Shown here in pieces: positions 20,045-29,793 of a stretch of 64,000 nucleotides of DNA (positions are counted from its first letter, which is position 1; every line of letters starts with the position of its first letter). The position numbers and the translations under genes are program-made. Source of the DNA: Hyalangium minutum (lineage in GTDB: Bacteria > Myxococcota > Myxococcia > Myxococcales > Myxococcaceae); assembly GCF_000737315.1 (NCBI RefSeq), contig NZ_JMCB01000015.1, positions 62,001 to 126,000 of the forward strand, given 5' to 3'. The notes under the pieces were generated by a model. That model did no database searches and was not told the DNA's origin. It worked only from the letters and a program-made list of their open reading frames with translations.

Positions 20045-20275
20045 TTACTTCTTGCTGGAGCTGCGAGAGCCGCCGCGCTTGCCGCCCTTGCGGCTCGCGG
20101 ACTTGCCCGCGTTGGCGATCTTCGCGGCGCGGGCCTTGGGCATGCCCTTGCGCTTGAGCGCCTTGTACTGGCGGGGGTTCTTGGTCTTGGCGCCACCCTT
20201 GCTGCTGCTGCTGCTTCGGCTGGTGCTCCGGCTGCGGCTCTTGCTGCTGCTGCTGCTGCTTTTCTTCGAGGCCAT
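20045..20275 (-). CDS. Small basic Lys/Ser/Arg-rich protein (76 aa)
   Basis: CAGGAG RBS before ATG 20275; MASKKSSSSSS..KNPRQYKALKRKGMPKARAAKIANAGKSASRKGGKRGG; codons GC3-biased. Confidence 0.7.
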   Translation of the reverse strand: MASKKSSSSSSKSRSRSTSRSSSSSKGGAKTKNPRQYKALKRKGMPKARAAKIANAGKSASRKGGKRGGSRSSSKK

Positions 20276-20438
20276 CTGGGCTCCTGCTGAATTCTGCTGT
20301 CCGAAGGTGGGCAGCAGACTCGCGAAGGCTAGGGAGCCCCTGTGTCGGCGCAAAGTCCCCGAGGTCCGCTGCGGTGTGCAATTGGACAACTGTTCCCACG
20401 TAGAGCCCGATCGTCGCACCCAGAGGGAGGAGAGTGTC

Positions 20439-21293
20439 ATGCAGAGATCATGGGGCTGGCTGTTCCTGCTCGCGCTGGCGGGCGTGGGCTGCGCGCATTT
20501 CGAGGCTCGCAACCAGTTCGAGCAGTCGTTCGAGCAGAGTGGGGAGGGGCCCCTCTCGCGTGTCGAGGTGGATACCTCCTCGGGGGACGTCCGCATCCAG
20601 GGCGTGCCGGGGGCCCGGTTCCAGGTCACCGGACGCATCTCCGTGTACGCGAGCAGCCCGGAGAAGGCGCGGGAACTGGCGGAGCAGATCGCTCGCGAGC
20701 CTCCCGTGGAGGTCTCGGGGCAGGTGCTCTCCCTCGGGCGGAAGAAGCTGCCGGGGGATGGAATGTTCCAGGGCGTCAGCATCGACTATGTGGTGGTGGT
20801 GCCTCCCGAGGTCGCCGCGTCCATCGACACCTCGTCGGGTGACGTCGAGGTCCGAGGGCTGCAAGGCCCGGTGAAGGTGGACAGTTCCTCGGGGGACGTG
20901 AGGCTGACGCAGGTGGGGGCGGCCCAGGTCAACAGCTCCTCGGGAGAGGTGGTGCTGGAGGAGGTTGCGGGAGATATCGAGGTCGACAGCTCCAGCGGGG
21001 ATGTGCAGGTTCGAGGGTCCCCGAGCGCTCGGGCCCGCTGGGACATTGATGCCAGCTCGGGGGACATCACCCTGGCGGTGGCTCCGGATGCGTCCTTCCA
21101 CTTCGAGGCCCACACGTCTTCGGGAGAGGTGAAGACGGAGGTGCCCATCCGGGTTCGAGGGACTGTGGATTCCGACTCGCTGGAGGGGAAGGTCGGGGAG
21201 GGCGTGACAGAGGCCGAGGTGAAGGTCCACGCGTCCAGCGGGGATATCCGGCTTCGGCATCACGGGGCGTCCGGCGCGCAGGCTTCCCAGTGA
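20439..21293 (+). CDS. DUF4097-like beta-strand-repeat lipoprotein
   Basis: GGAGGAG RBS, lipobox LAGVGC, repeated V.T/SSSGD.V units. Confidence 0.82.
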   Translation: MQRSWGWLFLLALAGVGCAHFEARNQFEQSFEQSGEGPLSRVEVDTSSGDVRIQGVPGARFQVTGRISVYASSPEKARELAEQIAREPPVEVSGQVLSLGRKKLPGDGMFQGVSIDYVVVVPPEVAASIDTSSGDVEVRGLQGPVKVDSSSGDVRLTQVGAAQVNSSSGEVVLEEVAGDIEVDSSSGDVQVRGSPSARARWDIDASSGDITLAVAPDASFHFEAHTSSGEVKTEVPIRVRGTVDSDSLEGKVGEGVTEAEVKVHASSGDIRLRHHGASGAQASQ

Positions 21294-21326
21294 GCCTCCA
21301 AGCTCGCGGCATGGGAGGATGACGCC

Positions 21327-22535
21327 ATGCGTGAGCGTGCGGGAGTGCCTGGGAAGATCGGGGGAGTGGTCCTCCTCGTAGGGCTGCTGGTGGGGTGTGC
21401 TGGGAATCGGCCTGCGGAAGCGGAGGCCCTTGCTGTCTCGAAGCCTGCAATGCCAGCGCTGTGGGGCTCGCTCACTCCGGGGCCCTTCGACGTGGGCGTG
21501 CGGGTGATCATGTTGCCCGCGCAGGCGCTCTCTCCCCGGGAGGAAGCCGGGCCCCCTTCGCCTCAAGTGACGCTCTGGTACCCCGTGGCGCGCGGGCAGC
21601 GCGGCGGTTCGCGCCTGCGCTACCGGGACTATGTGGCGCTCTCCGGCCTGGAGTCTCATGCGCGTCTGGCTGAGGGCGCCGCCGCTGGGGAGAAGGCTGT
21701 CTCCGAGTACAACCAACTCCTGCTCCAGAATGGGGTTCCGGCTCTGGCTGTGGCGGCTTGGCTGGGCTCGGAAGTTGCTGCGGGGCTGGATGCCCCGGCG
21801 GCGCCCGGACGTTTCCCGCTGGTGCTCGTGGCGCAGGGGCTGTTTCATTCCGCGCATCATCAGGCGCTGCTGGCCGAGTACCTGGCGAGCCAGGGCTATG
21901 CGGTGGCGACGACTCCTTCGTTTGCTCGTGCGTTGCCTCCGGGGCCTGTGGAGGATGTCCTGGCTGGAGCACGGCTTCAGGCCAGACACCTGGAGCGTGC
22001 ACTGGCAATGCTGCGTTCGGAGTCGATGGTGGACCCTGCGCGCGTGGCCGTGGTGGGGCACAGCTTCGGGGCGCGGGCGGCGTTCCTGTTCTCGCTGCGG
22101 CGCCCGGTGGCGGCTTTCGTCAGCTTGGATGGAGGCATTGCCAACCAACAGGGCAAGGATTGGCTGAAGGGCCTCTCGGATTTTCGCCCTGCGGACTTCC
22201 ACGTGCCGTTGCTGCACCTGTACCAGCCGGGGGATGAGGTGGTGGCGCCGGACTTCGAGTTCGTGCGCTCACTGCGAGGCGCTGACCGCTGGCTGATCCG
22301 GATGGAAGGGCTGCGTCACTTGGACTTCACCAGCCTGGGAGCGGCCGCGGCGATCGCTCCTGAGTTGGCTCCTTCGGGACGTGCTGCTCCTACGGCAGAA
22401 GCATGGGCCTCCACCGTGCGCGTGACGGGCGTCTTCCTGGATGCTCACTTGCAGGGGCGCCCCGAGGTGCTGACGAGCGCGGCGGCGGGCCTGCCGCCAG
22501 GAGCCGTGGAACACCTGAAACCGGCCGCTCCCTGA
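21327..22535 (+). CDS. Alpha/beta hydrolase lipoprotein (dienelactone hydrolase/PAF-AH-like)
   Basis: Lipobox LLVGC, GRFPLVLVAQG, nucleophile elbow GHSFG, SLDG, HLDF. Confidence 0.78.
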   Translation: MRERAGVPGKIGGVVLLVGLLVGCAGNRPAEAEALAVSKPAMPALWGSLTPGPFDVGVRVIMLPAQALSPREEAGPPSPQVTLWYPVARGQRGGSRLRYRDYVALSGLESHARLAEGAAAGEKAVSEYNQLLLQNGVPALAVAAWLGSEVAAGLDAPAAPGRFPLVLVAQGLFHSAHHQALLAEYLASQGYAVATTPSFARALPPGPVEDVLAGARLQARHLERALAMLRSESMVDPARVAVVGHSFGARAAFLFSLRRPVAAFVSLDGGIANQQGKDWLKGLSDFRPADFHVPLLHLYQPGDEVVAPDFEFVRSLRGADRWLIRMEGLRHLDFTSLGAAAAIAPELAPSGRAAPTAEAWASTVRVTGVFLDAHLQGRPEVLTSAAAGLPPGAVEHLKPAAP

Positions 22536-22557
22536 GGGCTCGGCCAGGAGGCTCTCC

Positions 22558-23991
22558 ATGCGACGGTGGGCGGTGGCGCTGGTGCTCGCATCCCTGGCGG
22601 GATGCAGCGCCCCAACGAAGGTCGTCCGCTTGGAGACAGGCCAGGGCGCGCCTGTCGTTCACATCCCTGGCCGCGATGTGGGGCCGGTGGAGGTGAGCGA
22701 AGAGGCGTTCCAGCAAGCCGTGGCGCAGCACGCCCGCGCTGTGCCATCCGTGGAGCGGCCGCTGGAGTACGCCCGGCAGGTGTTGGGAGTGCCCGAGCGC
22801 AGTGGGTGGTACCGGTACGAGGGCCGAAGCCAGCGGCTCATCGTGTCCGAGCCAGGCCCCGCCCGGAACTTACGGTTGCTGCCGGAGCAGGAGGAACTGA
22901 AGCGCCGCTACCTGCTGTGGTGCGAGGCGAAATGGGGAGGCGGCGACTGCCTGCGGTTGCTGGTGGACAAGCCCTTCTTGGATGGGGATGCCAAGTACGC
23001 GCCGGCCATGGCGATTGCCCACAGCAAGGTGCTGGGAGTGATGAAAGAGGAGCTGTCCCGAATGGTGAGCCCTCAGGCCGTGGTGGCCACAGTGGTGGGC
23101 GGCCTGACGATGTATGCGGTGTTGCTGGCGCTGCCGGAGCCGGTGACCAAGGGCGTGGCTGCGTTGCTGACGCTGGGGGCGGTGGCGTACCTGGGCTGGG
23201 ACACGGTGTGGCAGCTGATCGACGGGTGGCTGGTGTTGATGAGGGAGGTGGATGAGGCCCAAGACTTCGACGGCATCTACGCGGCGGGAGAGAAGTTCTC
23301 AGGAGTGATGGGGGAGAAGGCTGCGCGGGCGTTCGTGATGTTGGCCACGGTGGCGGTGGGGAGCACCGCCTCGGGGATGGCGGCGACGCTGCCGAGGTTG
23401 CCGGGCGCTGGGCAGGCGGCAGTAGTGGCCGGGACGCAGTTGAACGTGCGCTTTACAGCACCCGCGCTGGCCCAAGTGGAGTCGGTGGCCATCAGTGCTG
23501 AGGGCGTCACCATCGCGCTGGCGCCTAACGCCATGGCCATGGCCGCGAGCGGCAACTCCGGTGGGCAGGCGGGAACTCAGACCGGGCCAGCCAGCTCCGG
23601 TGGCCCAGGGGAGTGGGTCAAGGCGGGCGAGGGCATGTCTGGGCAGGCCCGGCGCTATCAGGTGCAGGTGACGGGCGCTCCCGAGGGTCACGTCTACCGC
23701 GTCAAGTTGGGAGATAAATACGTCAAGTTCGATGGCTATGACGACGGGGGGCTCATCGAGACCAAGAGCACCGGTTACGCCCAGTGGGTTGATAAGAACC
23801 TGGACTTTCTCAGGATCTTCAATGGGCGTGAACAGTTGCTTGATCAAGCGCGACGCCAATTGAGGGCCGCCAGAGGAACTCCCATCCGGTGGATCGTTGC
23901 TGAAGAGCGATTTGCAAGTGCACTCAGGAAGCTGTTCAAGGCAAATGGCCTCGATGACATCGAGGTCATCCATGTTCCTCCCGTTCCATAA
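22558..23991 (+). CDS. SitA-type polymorphic lipoprotein toxin with Tox-REase-5-like C-terminal nuclease
   Basis: Lipobox LAGC (Cys16); central region shared with 54934..56292; tip YQVQVTG..VKFDGY..LIETKS..Q..RQ..PIRWIVAE; visibly lower GC in the tip. Confidence 0.85.
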   Translation: MRRWAVALVLASLAGCSAPTKVVRLETGQGAPVVHIPGRDVGPVEVSEEAFQQAVAQHARAVPSVERPLEYARQVLGVPERSGWYRYEGRSQRLIVSEPGPARNLRLLPEQEELKRRYLLWCEAKWGGGDCLRLLVDKPFLDGDAKYAPAMAIAHSKVLGVMKEELSRMVSPQAVVATVVGGLTMYAVLLALPEPVTKGVAALLTLGAVAYLGWDTVWQLIDGWLVLMREVDEAQDFDGIYAAGEKFSGVMGEKAARAFVMLATVAVGSTASGMAATLPRLPGAGQAAVVAGTQLNVRFTAPALAQVESVAISAEGVTIALAPNAMAMAASGNSGGQAGTQTGPASSGGPGEWVKAGEGMSGQARRYQVQVTGAPEGHVYRVKLGDKYVKFDGYDDGGLIETKSTGYAQWVDKNLDFLRIFNGREQLLDQARRQLRAARGTPIRWIVAEERFASALRKLFKANGLDDIEVIHVPPVP

Positions 23992-24005
23992 GGTACGGAC
24001 GCTCC

Positions 24006-24731
24006 ATGCTTGAGACCTACTACGTTGGTTCTTACTGGCTCGCCCGTTCCGAATCTGCCGAAGCGTGCGCACGCCGTGCGGAGCGATTTTTCCAAGAGAT
24101 AGGCCGTTGCGACTCGGCTTGGAACAGCTGGTATCGGGCAGCAAACTCCTTTGAGGAAGCGCGCAAACGTCAGTTCGTTCCGAGCGCTGCCAACTTCGAG
24201 AGTTTGTTCGCACAGGAGGAACATCAAATCGGGGATGGCTTTTCCTTCCACCTGTGGACCGGTGACAGCCCAGAGGAAACGTCTGGCGTCGACGGGTCGT
24301 GTGGTTCCGCTGACACCTTTCTTCCTTCGACTTGTGTCCTCGAACCCTTCGATGAAGGGCCTGTCGGAGCACGGATGCTGAGCGCCTCTGTAATGACCGA
24401 TGCGCTACGAGCCATGGTCGTGGCTTGGGACCCAGAGTGGGGGGTGGTGACTTCTACTGCGCATCGGGACAGCGTCACGGAGAAGCCGAAGGCAGGCACC
24501 TTCGTGGGGTGGGTGATGTACTTCTCTCGCCTGCGAGGCCCCGTGCCCCCACTGCCCGCTCCCGTTCGCATCGAGCGGGTGGAGGACAAGGGCACCCTCG
24601 TCATCCTCACCCCCGAGCGGTTCACTGTCTCCAACCCGGAGCATGTCGCTCTCGCGGCGCGCGTCCATGAACTGCTGGCGCGCGCCGGGCTTCTCGGGAA
24701 GTTGCGGCCGTGGCCGGCTGCGGCGCCCTGA
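24006..24731 (+). CDS. Cognate immunity protein (Imm52-like)
   Basis: 14 bp after the toxin; ETYYVGSYWLAR.ES..CA.R, FVGWVMYFS, GTLVILTPERF pattern typical of REase-5 partners. Confidence 0.78.
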   Translation: MLETYYVGSYWLARSESAEACARRAERFFQEIGRCDSAWNSWYRAANSFEEARKRQFVPSAANFESLFAQEEHQIGDGFSFHLWTGDSPEETSGVDGSCGSADTFLPSTCVLEPFDEGPVGARMLSASVMTDALRAMVVAWDPEWGVVTSTAHRDSVTEKPKAGTFVGWVMYFSRLRGPVPPLPAPVRIERVEDKGTLVILTPERFTVSNPEHVALAARVHELLARAGLLGKLRPWPAAAP

Positions 24732-24737
24732 CCGTCC

Positions 24738-27695
24738 TCAGGGGTGTTTGGCGGCCCGGACCTTGCTCTGGGGTTTCGCGCGTTTCGCCAGCCAGTCGTC
24801 CACCTCCGCCGTGCGCAAGGTGTCCTTCACGCTCACGAACGCCGCGCGGGCCTTTCGGGCGGCGTCCACCACCTCCACCTCCTTGCGTTTCAGCGCGTCC
24901 AGCGCCTGCGCGATGCCGAAGAACGCATCGCCCCGGACGGGCTCCTCCTCCGTGTTGAGCACGAGGGCTCGCTCGAAGAGGGGCATGGCCCGCTCGGGCT
25001 GCTTCAGATCCAGGTACGCCAGACCCGCTCCCACCGCCGAGTTCGAGATGTACAGGTGATCCTTGCCGAGCGCCTTCTCCTTCAGCGCCATCGCCTTCAA
25101 GAAGGACTCCAGCGCCTCCGTGTGCTTGCCCGCAAGCGTGTTCGCAATACCCACCAGATCGTACGCATCCCCCACCTCGGGGTGCTCGGGGCCATAGGCT
25201 GCCAGGCGGATCTCCAGTGCCCGGCTCGCATACGTCCGCGCCTGCTCGATGTCCCCTGTCTTGAGCAGCACCTGCGCAATCACGTAGTTCAAGCTGCCAA
25301 GCGAAGGGTGCGTCGGCCCGTGCACCTTCTCGCGGATGGCAATGCCCTCCCGCAGCGCCTGGAGCGCGTCATCGAACCGCTCCAGCTTCCGGAGCACCAC
25401 CCCCAGGTTCACCAGGATGCTCGGGCGGCGCGCGTTCTCCTTGCCGAAGAGCCGCTCGTTGAGCTGCAGCGCGCGCTCCACGTGTCCCAGCGCCTCGTCC
25501 GGCTTGTCCGCCCTCGAATAGATGATCCCCAGCGAGGTCTCGACGTCCATCTCGAGGTCCTCATTGCCCCCCATCCGCGCGATGGAGGCCTTCGTCAGCT
25601 CGCTCCATTGGAGCGCCTCGTTGAGCCGCTTCGGATCCGCCCCCAGGGTGAACGCCATCGAGCCCATGGCCCGTGCCGCCACCGCGTCATTGTGTGAGGC
25701 GTGCGCCGTCCACACCGCCTGCGTCAGGTGCCGCTCTGCCTGCACGTAGTCCGCCGAGCGCGCTTCCAGGAAGCCCTGCCCGTACAGCGCCTCGGCCACC
25801 AGGGGCCGGTAGCCCAGCGTGGAGGCCGCCTTCACCGTTTGCTCCGCCACCTCCCTCGCCGGCTTGTAGCGGCCCGCGTCCGTCATCGCCTTGAGCCGCG
25901 CCAGCTCCCCCGAGATGCGGTCGATCTCCCCGCGGATCTTCGGATCCTCCGGCGGTGCCTCCACCTGGCTCAGCGTCGCCACGTCGGCACAGGCCCGCAG
26001 CGAGGGCAGCACCGCCACCGTGTCCACCGCCTTGGGAAGCAGTGCCGCGTCCGCCGAGGCCAGCACGCCCGTCACCGCCTTCACGTCCTGCAGCCGCCGC
26101 TCCAGGCACACCACGCGCAGCGAGTGCAACTGCTCCGTCTGCTCGCCCCGGAGCCGCGTGGCGCGGCACGCCTCCGTGCTCTCCGTTACCCAGCCCTGCG
26201 CGTACGTGTCCAGCATCCGCGTCACCCGCGAGGCCACATCCGCCGCCTCGGGCTTCCCCGTGGCCACCAGCGCATCGGCCACCTTCTTCCGGGCCGCGTC
26301 ATCCCAGATGCCCGCCAGCTTCTGCTCCGCGCCCGTGCACAGCTGCGCCTGCGCCTGCGAGGCCCGATGCGCATACCACCCATAGCCGCTGCCCAGCGCC
26401 ACCACCGTCAGCGCCGCCGCTCCCGCCGCCAGCCGCCTCACCCGAGGCCGGTACTCCAGCTCTCGCAGCAGCGCGTCCATCGATGGGAAGCGATGCCCCG
26501 GGTCGGGCGCCAGGCCGCGCATGATCGCCTTCTTGATGAAGGCGGGAATCTTGGAGTCCTTGGGTGGCTCGAAGGCTCCCGTCACCGGATCGATGGGGCG
26601 CAAGTCTCCGGGCCGCTGGCTCGGCCGCGAGGTCCCCTTATGAGAGGAGGGCGGGCTGTAGTCCGCATCCCGCGCCGACGAGCGCGTGCGATCGAACGGC
26701 CACACCCCGAACAGTGCCCAGTACAGCGCCACGCAGAAGCTGAACTGATCCCCGCGTGCATCGGGCGCCTCTCCGCGCCGCTGCTCCGGGGACATGTACA
26801 TGAGCGTACCCACCGCCTGGCCATCCAGCGTCACCTGGACCAGCTCCGGCGCCGCGTGATCGAGCGCTCCCTCCGGCAGCGCGGGCCGCGCTGGCTCCAC
26901 CCCGTCCTCGGCCATGCGCGCCAGGCCGAAGTCCGTCACCCGCACCCGTCCATCCTTCCCAATCAGCACGTTGTCCGGCTTGAAGTCCCGGTGCACCAGC
27001 CCCGCCGCATGCGCGCCCGCAAGGCCCCGGCCCGCCGACAGGAAGGTGTCCAGCACCTCGTGCCACGAGTGCTTCTCGTCCTTCACCCACTTCTTCAGCG
27101 TGGTGCCGTCCACGAACTCCATGGCGACGAAGACGCCCTCGCCCAGCGTCCCCACGTCGAACACGGAGATGACATGCGGATGCGACACGCGCGCCATCGC
27201 CTGCGCCTCGCGCAGCAGCCGCGCCTGGCCAATCGTCCGCCCCTCGGCGTGCTGCTTGTCCGTGCGCAGCAGCTTGATGGCCACGCGGCGGCCCAGATCC
27301 GGATCCCACGCCGAATACACAATGCCCATGCCGCCCTGGCCCACCTTCTCCAGGACGAGGTAGCGCCCCACTTGCTCGCCGCGATCGGGCGTGCGCCCCT
27401 CCTTCACCCACTGGGGCATGACGGCCTCTACCGCCGCGGACACCGGAGGAACCGTGGGTGAAGCAGAAGGCGAAGGCGAGGGATCGATGGGCGGCGCCTG
27501 TTCGGCGAACACCGCCGCCGTGACGTAGCTCTGCTCCGCCGCCGGTAGCGCGTCGGTGGCCCCATCCGTCTCGGCGGAGAGCCGCCCGGCGCATTGCTCA
27601 CAGCCCGCCAGGTGGCGCTCCACCTCCGCGGAGCGCTCGGGCGAGAGCTGGCCCCGGAGGAACCGGGTGATTTCGGCGGTGTCGAGGTGCCCCAT
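24738..27695 (-). CDS. Ser/Thr protein kinase with N-terminal zf-HC2-like domain, TM helix and TPR repeats
   Basis: HLAGCEQC; GQGGMGIV, VAIK, VHRDFKPDN, DFG; TM LAAGAAALTVVALGSG; C-terminal TPR helices. Confidence 0.92.
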   Translation of the reverse strand: MGHLDTAEITRFLRGQLSPERSAEVERHLAGCEQCAGRLSAETDGATDALPAAEQSYVTAAVFAEQAPPIDPSPSPSASPTVPPVSAAVEAVMPQWVKEGRTPDRGEQVGRYLVLEKVGQGGMGIVYSAWDPDLGRRVAIKLLRTDKQHAEGRTIGQARLLREAQAMARVSHPHVISVFDVGTLGEGVFVAMEFVDGTTLKKWVKDEKHSWHEVLDTFLSAGRGLAGAHAAGLVHRDFKPDNVLIGKDGRVRVTDFGLARMAEDGVEPARPALPEGALDHAAPELVQVTLDGQAVGTLMYMSPEQRRGEAPDARGDQFSFCVALYWALFGVWPFDRTRSSARDADYSPPSSHKGTSRPSQRPGDLRPIDPVTGAFEPPKDSKIPAFIKKAIMRGLAPDPGHRFPSMDALLRELEYRPRVRRLAAGAAALTVVALGSGYGWYAHRASQAQAQLCTGAEQKLAGIWDDAARKKVADALVATGKPEAADVASRVTRMLDTYAQGWVTESTEACRATRLRGEQTEQLHSLRVVCLERRLQDVKAVTGVLASADAALLPKAVDTVAVLPSLRACADVATLSQVEAPPEDPKIRGEIDRISGELARLKAMTDAGRYKPAREVAEQTVKAASTLGYRPLVAEALYGQGFLEARSADYVQAERHLTQAVWTAHASHNDAVAARAMGSMAFTLGADPKRLNEALQWSELTKASIARMGGNEDLEMDVETSLGIIYSRADKPDEALGHVERALQLNERLFGKENARRPSILVNLGVVLRKLERFDDALQALREGIAIREKVHGPTHPSLGSLNYVIAQVLLKTGDIEQARTYASRALEIRLAAYGPEHPEVGDAYDLVGIANTLAGKHTEALESFLKAMALKEKALGKDHLYISNSAVGAGLAYLDLKQPERAMPLFERALVLNTEEEPVRGDAFFGIAQALDALKRKEVEVVDAARKARAAFVSVKDTLRTAEVDDWLAKRAKPQSKVRAAKHP

Positions 27696-27896
27696 GTGCG
27701 GATGGTCCCTGCCGTGTGATCCTACGGGTGGCGTCCTCCATTATCGTGGGTTTGCGGCCGAAGGCGCACATGGGGGGCAAAGCCCAGGAAATCCAAGGAG
27801 TTGGGGCTTTTGCCCGACCCGACGCAACTTTTGGCTTTAAGGATGTGAGAATTCCAGTGATCGCAGTCTCTTCCAGAACCCTTGAGGCTCCTCCTC

Positions 27897-28658
27897 ATGA
27901 AGATCGACTCCCCCAAGTTCGCCCCGGTCCCCCGCGTCGCTTCGCGCCCGGCGTCGGCCCCCGCCTCCGCTGCGGCCTCGAACACCGGGATTGTCCCCAC
28001 CACGAAGCGCCCCTCTGACGGCTTCGAGACGGCCTCGGCGCGCCCGAGCACCGCAGCCACCGGGAACACCGGCATCACGGGGGCGGGCACGGCCTCGGTC
28101 TCGGCGAAGCCGTCGAGCACCGACCTGGACTTCGAGTTGGATCCCTCGCTGGAGCCGTACCGCGACGTGTTCGCCAAGCTGGGCACGCGCATCTCCAAGC
28201 TGCCGACGGAGGAAGAGCGCACCAAGGCCATCGACGTGACCGCCTTGCGGCTCTCCGAGTCGCTGCAGCAGGATTATGGCAAGGTCAAGGAGGGCCTCAC
28301 CAACGCGGTAGCGGCGGCCTCGAGGGGGCCTTCGTCGAGCCGCGATCCGCAGTGCTGCTTCCGGATGGATCGCCTGCTGGACTTCTCGTCCAACGTGAAG
28401 CAGGTGGGTGACAAGCTGAAGAACCTCGGTCTGGACCTCGCCAAGGACGTCTCCCTCCGGAGCAAGGGGCAGATCCTCAAGGCGGCCCAGCCGCAGCTGG
28501 ACCAGCTCAACCTGAAGGGCCGGGACATGCAGATTGCCCAGCGCTACGTCGTCGGGCTCGTCCACGAGGCCCGGGCGCGCGACTCCGGCTCGACCGGCGG
28601 AGAGGGACGCCTGCCTCGCCTCCCCAACGATCGCTTCCAGCTCCGCCCTCGCCAGTAG
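27897..28658 (+). CDS. Hypothetical protein (Ala/Ser/Pro/Thr-rich N-terminus, helical C-terminus)
   Basis: GC3-biased ORF; start MKIDSPK at 27897 preferred over 27882. Confidence 0.7.
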   Translation: MKIDSPKFAPVPRVASRPASAPASAAASNTGIVPTTKRPSDGFETASARPSTAATGNTGITGAGTASVSAKPSSTDLDFELDPSLEPYRDVFAKLGTRISKLPTEEERTKAIDVTALRLSESLQQDYGKVKEGLTNAVAAASRGPSSSRDPQCCFRMDRLLDFSSNVKQVGDKLKNLGLDLAKDVSLRSKGQILKAAQPQLDQLNLKGRDMQIAQRYVVGLVHEARARDSGSTGGEGRLPRLPNDRFQLRPRQ

Positions 28659-28782
28659 GCCCCAGGAGGCAGGACCCGACGGGGAGTGAAGGGGTACTCC
28701 CTCGCTGGGTGAGGAATTTGCCTGGTTCCTTACCCGCCCCCCTTCTGGACGGGCGGCCAACGGCTTAGGATGCGCGCCTCGC

Positions 28783-29781
28783 ATGAGGCGCACCACGCTC
28801 ACCAATGACTTCTCCTGGTCCAAGAGCCGCCACGAGAAGTTCTCTGAATGCCTTCGGGCCTACTACCTCTATTACTACCGCTCGTGGGGCGGGTGGGAAG
28901 CGGAGGCGGCGAAGGACGTGCGCGAGCTGTACGTCCTCAAGAAGCTGAACAACCGCTACACGTGGGCCGGCAGCGTGGTGCACGAGTGCGTGCGGGACGT
29001 GCTGCTGGACTGGCGCGCGGGGCGCTCGGTGGACCCGGCCGAGGCCGAGGCCCGGGCCCGCAGGCTGATGCAGGACGACTTCCGGCACTCGCAGAAGAAG
29101 GCGTACTGGACGCAGAAGCACCGCAAGTCCTTCACCGGGCTGGTGGAGCACGAGTATGCCGAGCCCGTCACGGACGAGGCGTGGAAGCAGAACTGGGAGA
29201 CGGTGCGCCAGGCGCTCTCGTGGTTCTTCTCTTCGCGGTGGCCGGCGCTGGCGCGCTCGCTCAAGCCCGCCCAGTGGCTCGAGGTGGACGCGGGCTTCGA
29301 CTTCTCCAGCTTCACCCTGGATGGACTCAAGGTGTTCGCCATCCCCGACTTCGCCTACGTGGACGACACGGGCGCGCCCGTGGTGGTGGACTGGAAGACG
29401 GGCAAGGCGCGCGAGGGCTATGACGACCAGGTGCTGGGCTACGCGCTCTATGTCTCCCAGCGCTACAAGTTCCCGCTGGAGAAGGTGCGCGCCTCGCTGG
29501 TGTACCTGAACGAGGGGCTGGAGCAGGACGTGCACGTGGACCTGGAGGCCATGGATGCCTTCAAGGGCCGCTTCGCCCAGAGCGTGGCCCGCATGCGCGA
29601 GGTGCTGGCCGATCCCGCCACCAACGCGCCCAAGGATGTCTCGGTGTTCCCTCAGTCCGAGGACCTGTCCCCGTGCGTGCGCTGTGTCTTCCGGCGGCCC
29701 TGCGGACGGCAGGAGGCGGCGGCGCAGTTCCAGGCGCAGCAGCAGCAGCAGGCGCAGACCTCCGCGCCCAAGGTGGCCTGA
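28783..29781 (+). CDS. PD-(D/E)xK nuclease, RecB/AddB/Cas4-like with 4-Cys staple
   Basis: ECLRAYY, AIPDF, VVDWK, QVLGYALY, CVRCVFRRPC. Confidence 0.85.
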   Translation: MRRTTLTNDFSWSKSRHEKFSECLRAYYLYYYRSWGGWEAEAAKDVRELYVLKKLNNRYTWAGSVVHECVRDVLLDWRAGRSVDPAEAEARARRLMQDDFRHSQKKAYWTQKHRKSFTGLVEHEYAEPVTDEAWKQNWETVRQALSWFFSSRWPALARSLKPAQWLEVDAGFDFSSFTLDGLKVFAIPDFAYVDDTGAPVVVDWKTGKAREGYDDQVLGYALYVSQRYKFPLEKVRASLVYLNEGLEQDVHVDLEAMDAFKGRFAQSVARMREVLADPATNAPKDVSVFPQSEDLSPCVRCVFRRPCGRQEAAAQFQAQQQQQAQTSAPKVA

Positions 29782-29793
29782 GCCGCGCGGGCT

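Noticed and set aside
20200-20262. (CTG)n runs as a contingency repeat
   Set aside because: They encode poly-Ser (AGC) of the small basic protein, and triplet changes would keep the frame.
27775-27815. Inverted repeat GGGCAAAGCCC..GGGGCTTTTGCCC as terminator or ncRNA
   Set aside because: It lies between divergent starts, has a 17-nt loop and no U-tail, and occurs once; no function can be supported.
28783-29781. Evidence for a CRISPR-Cas locus
   Set aside because: No repeat-spacer array or other cas gene was seen in the window.
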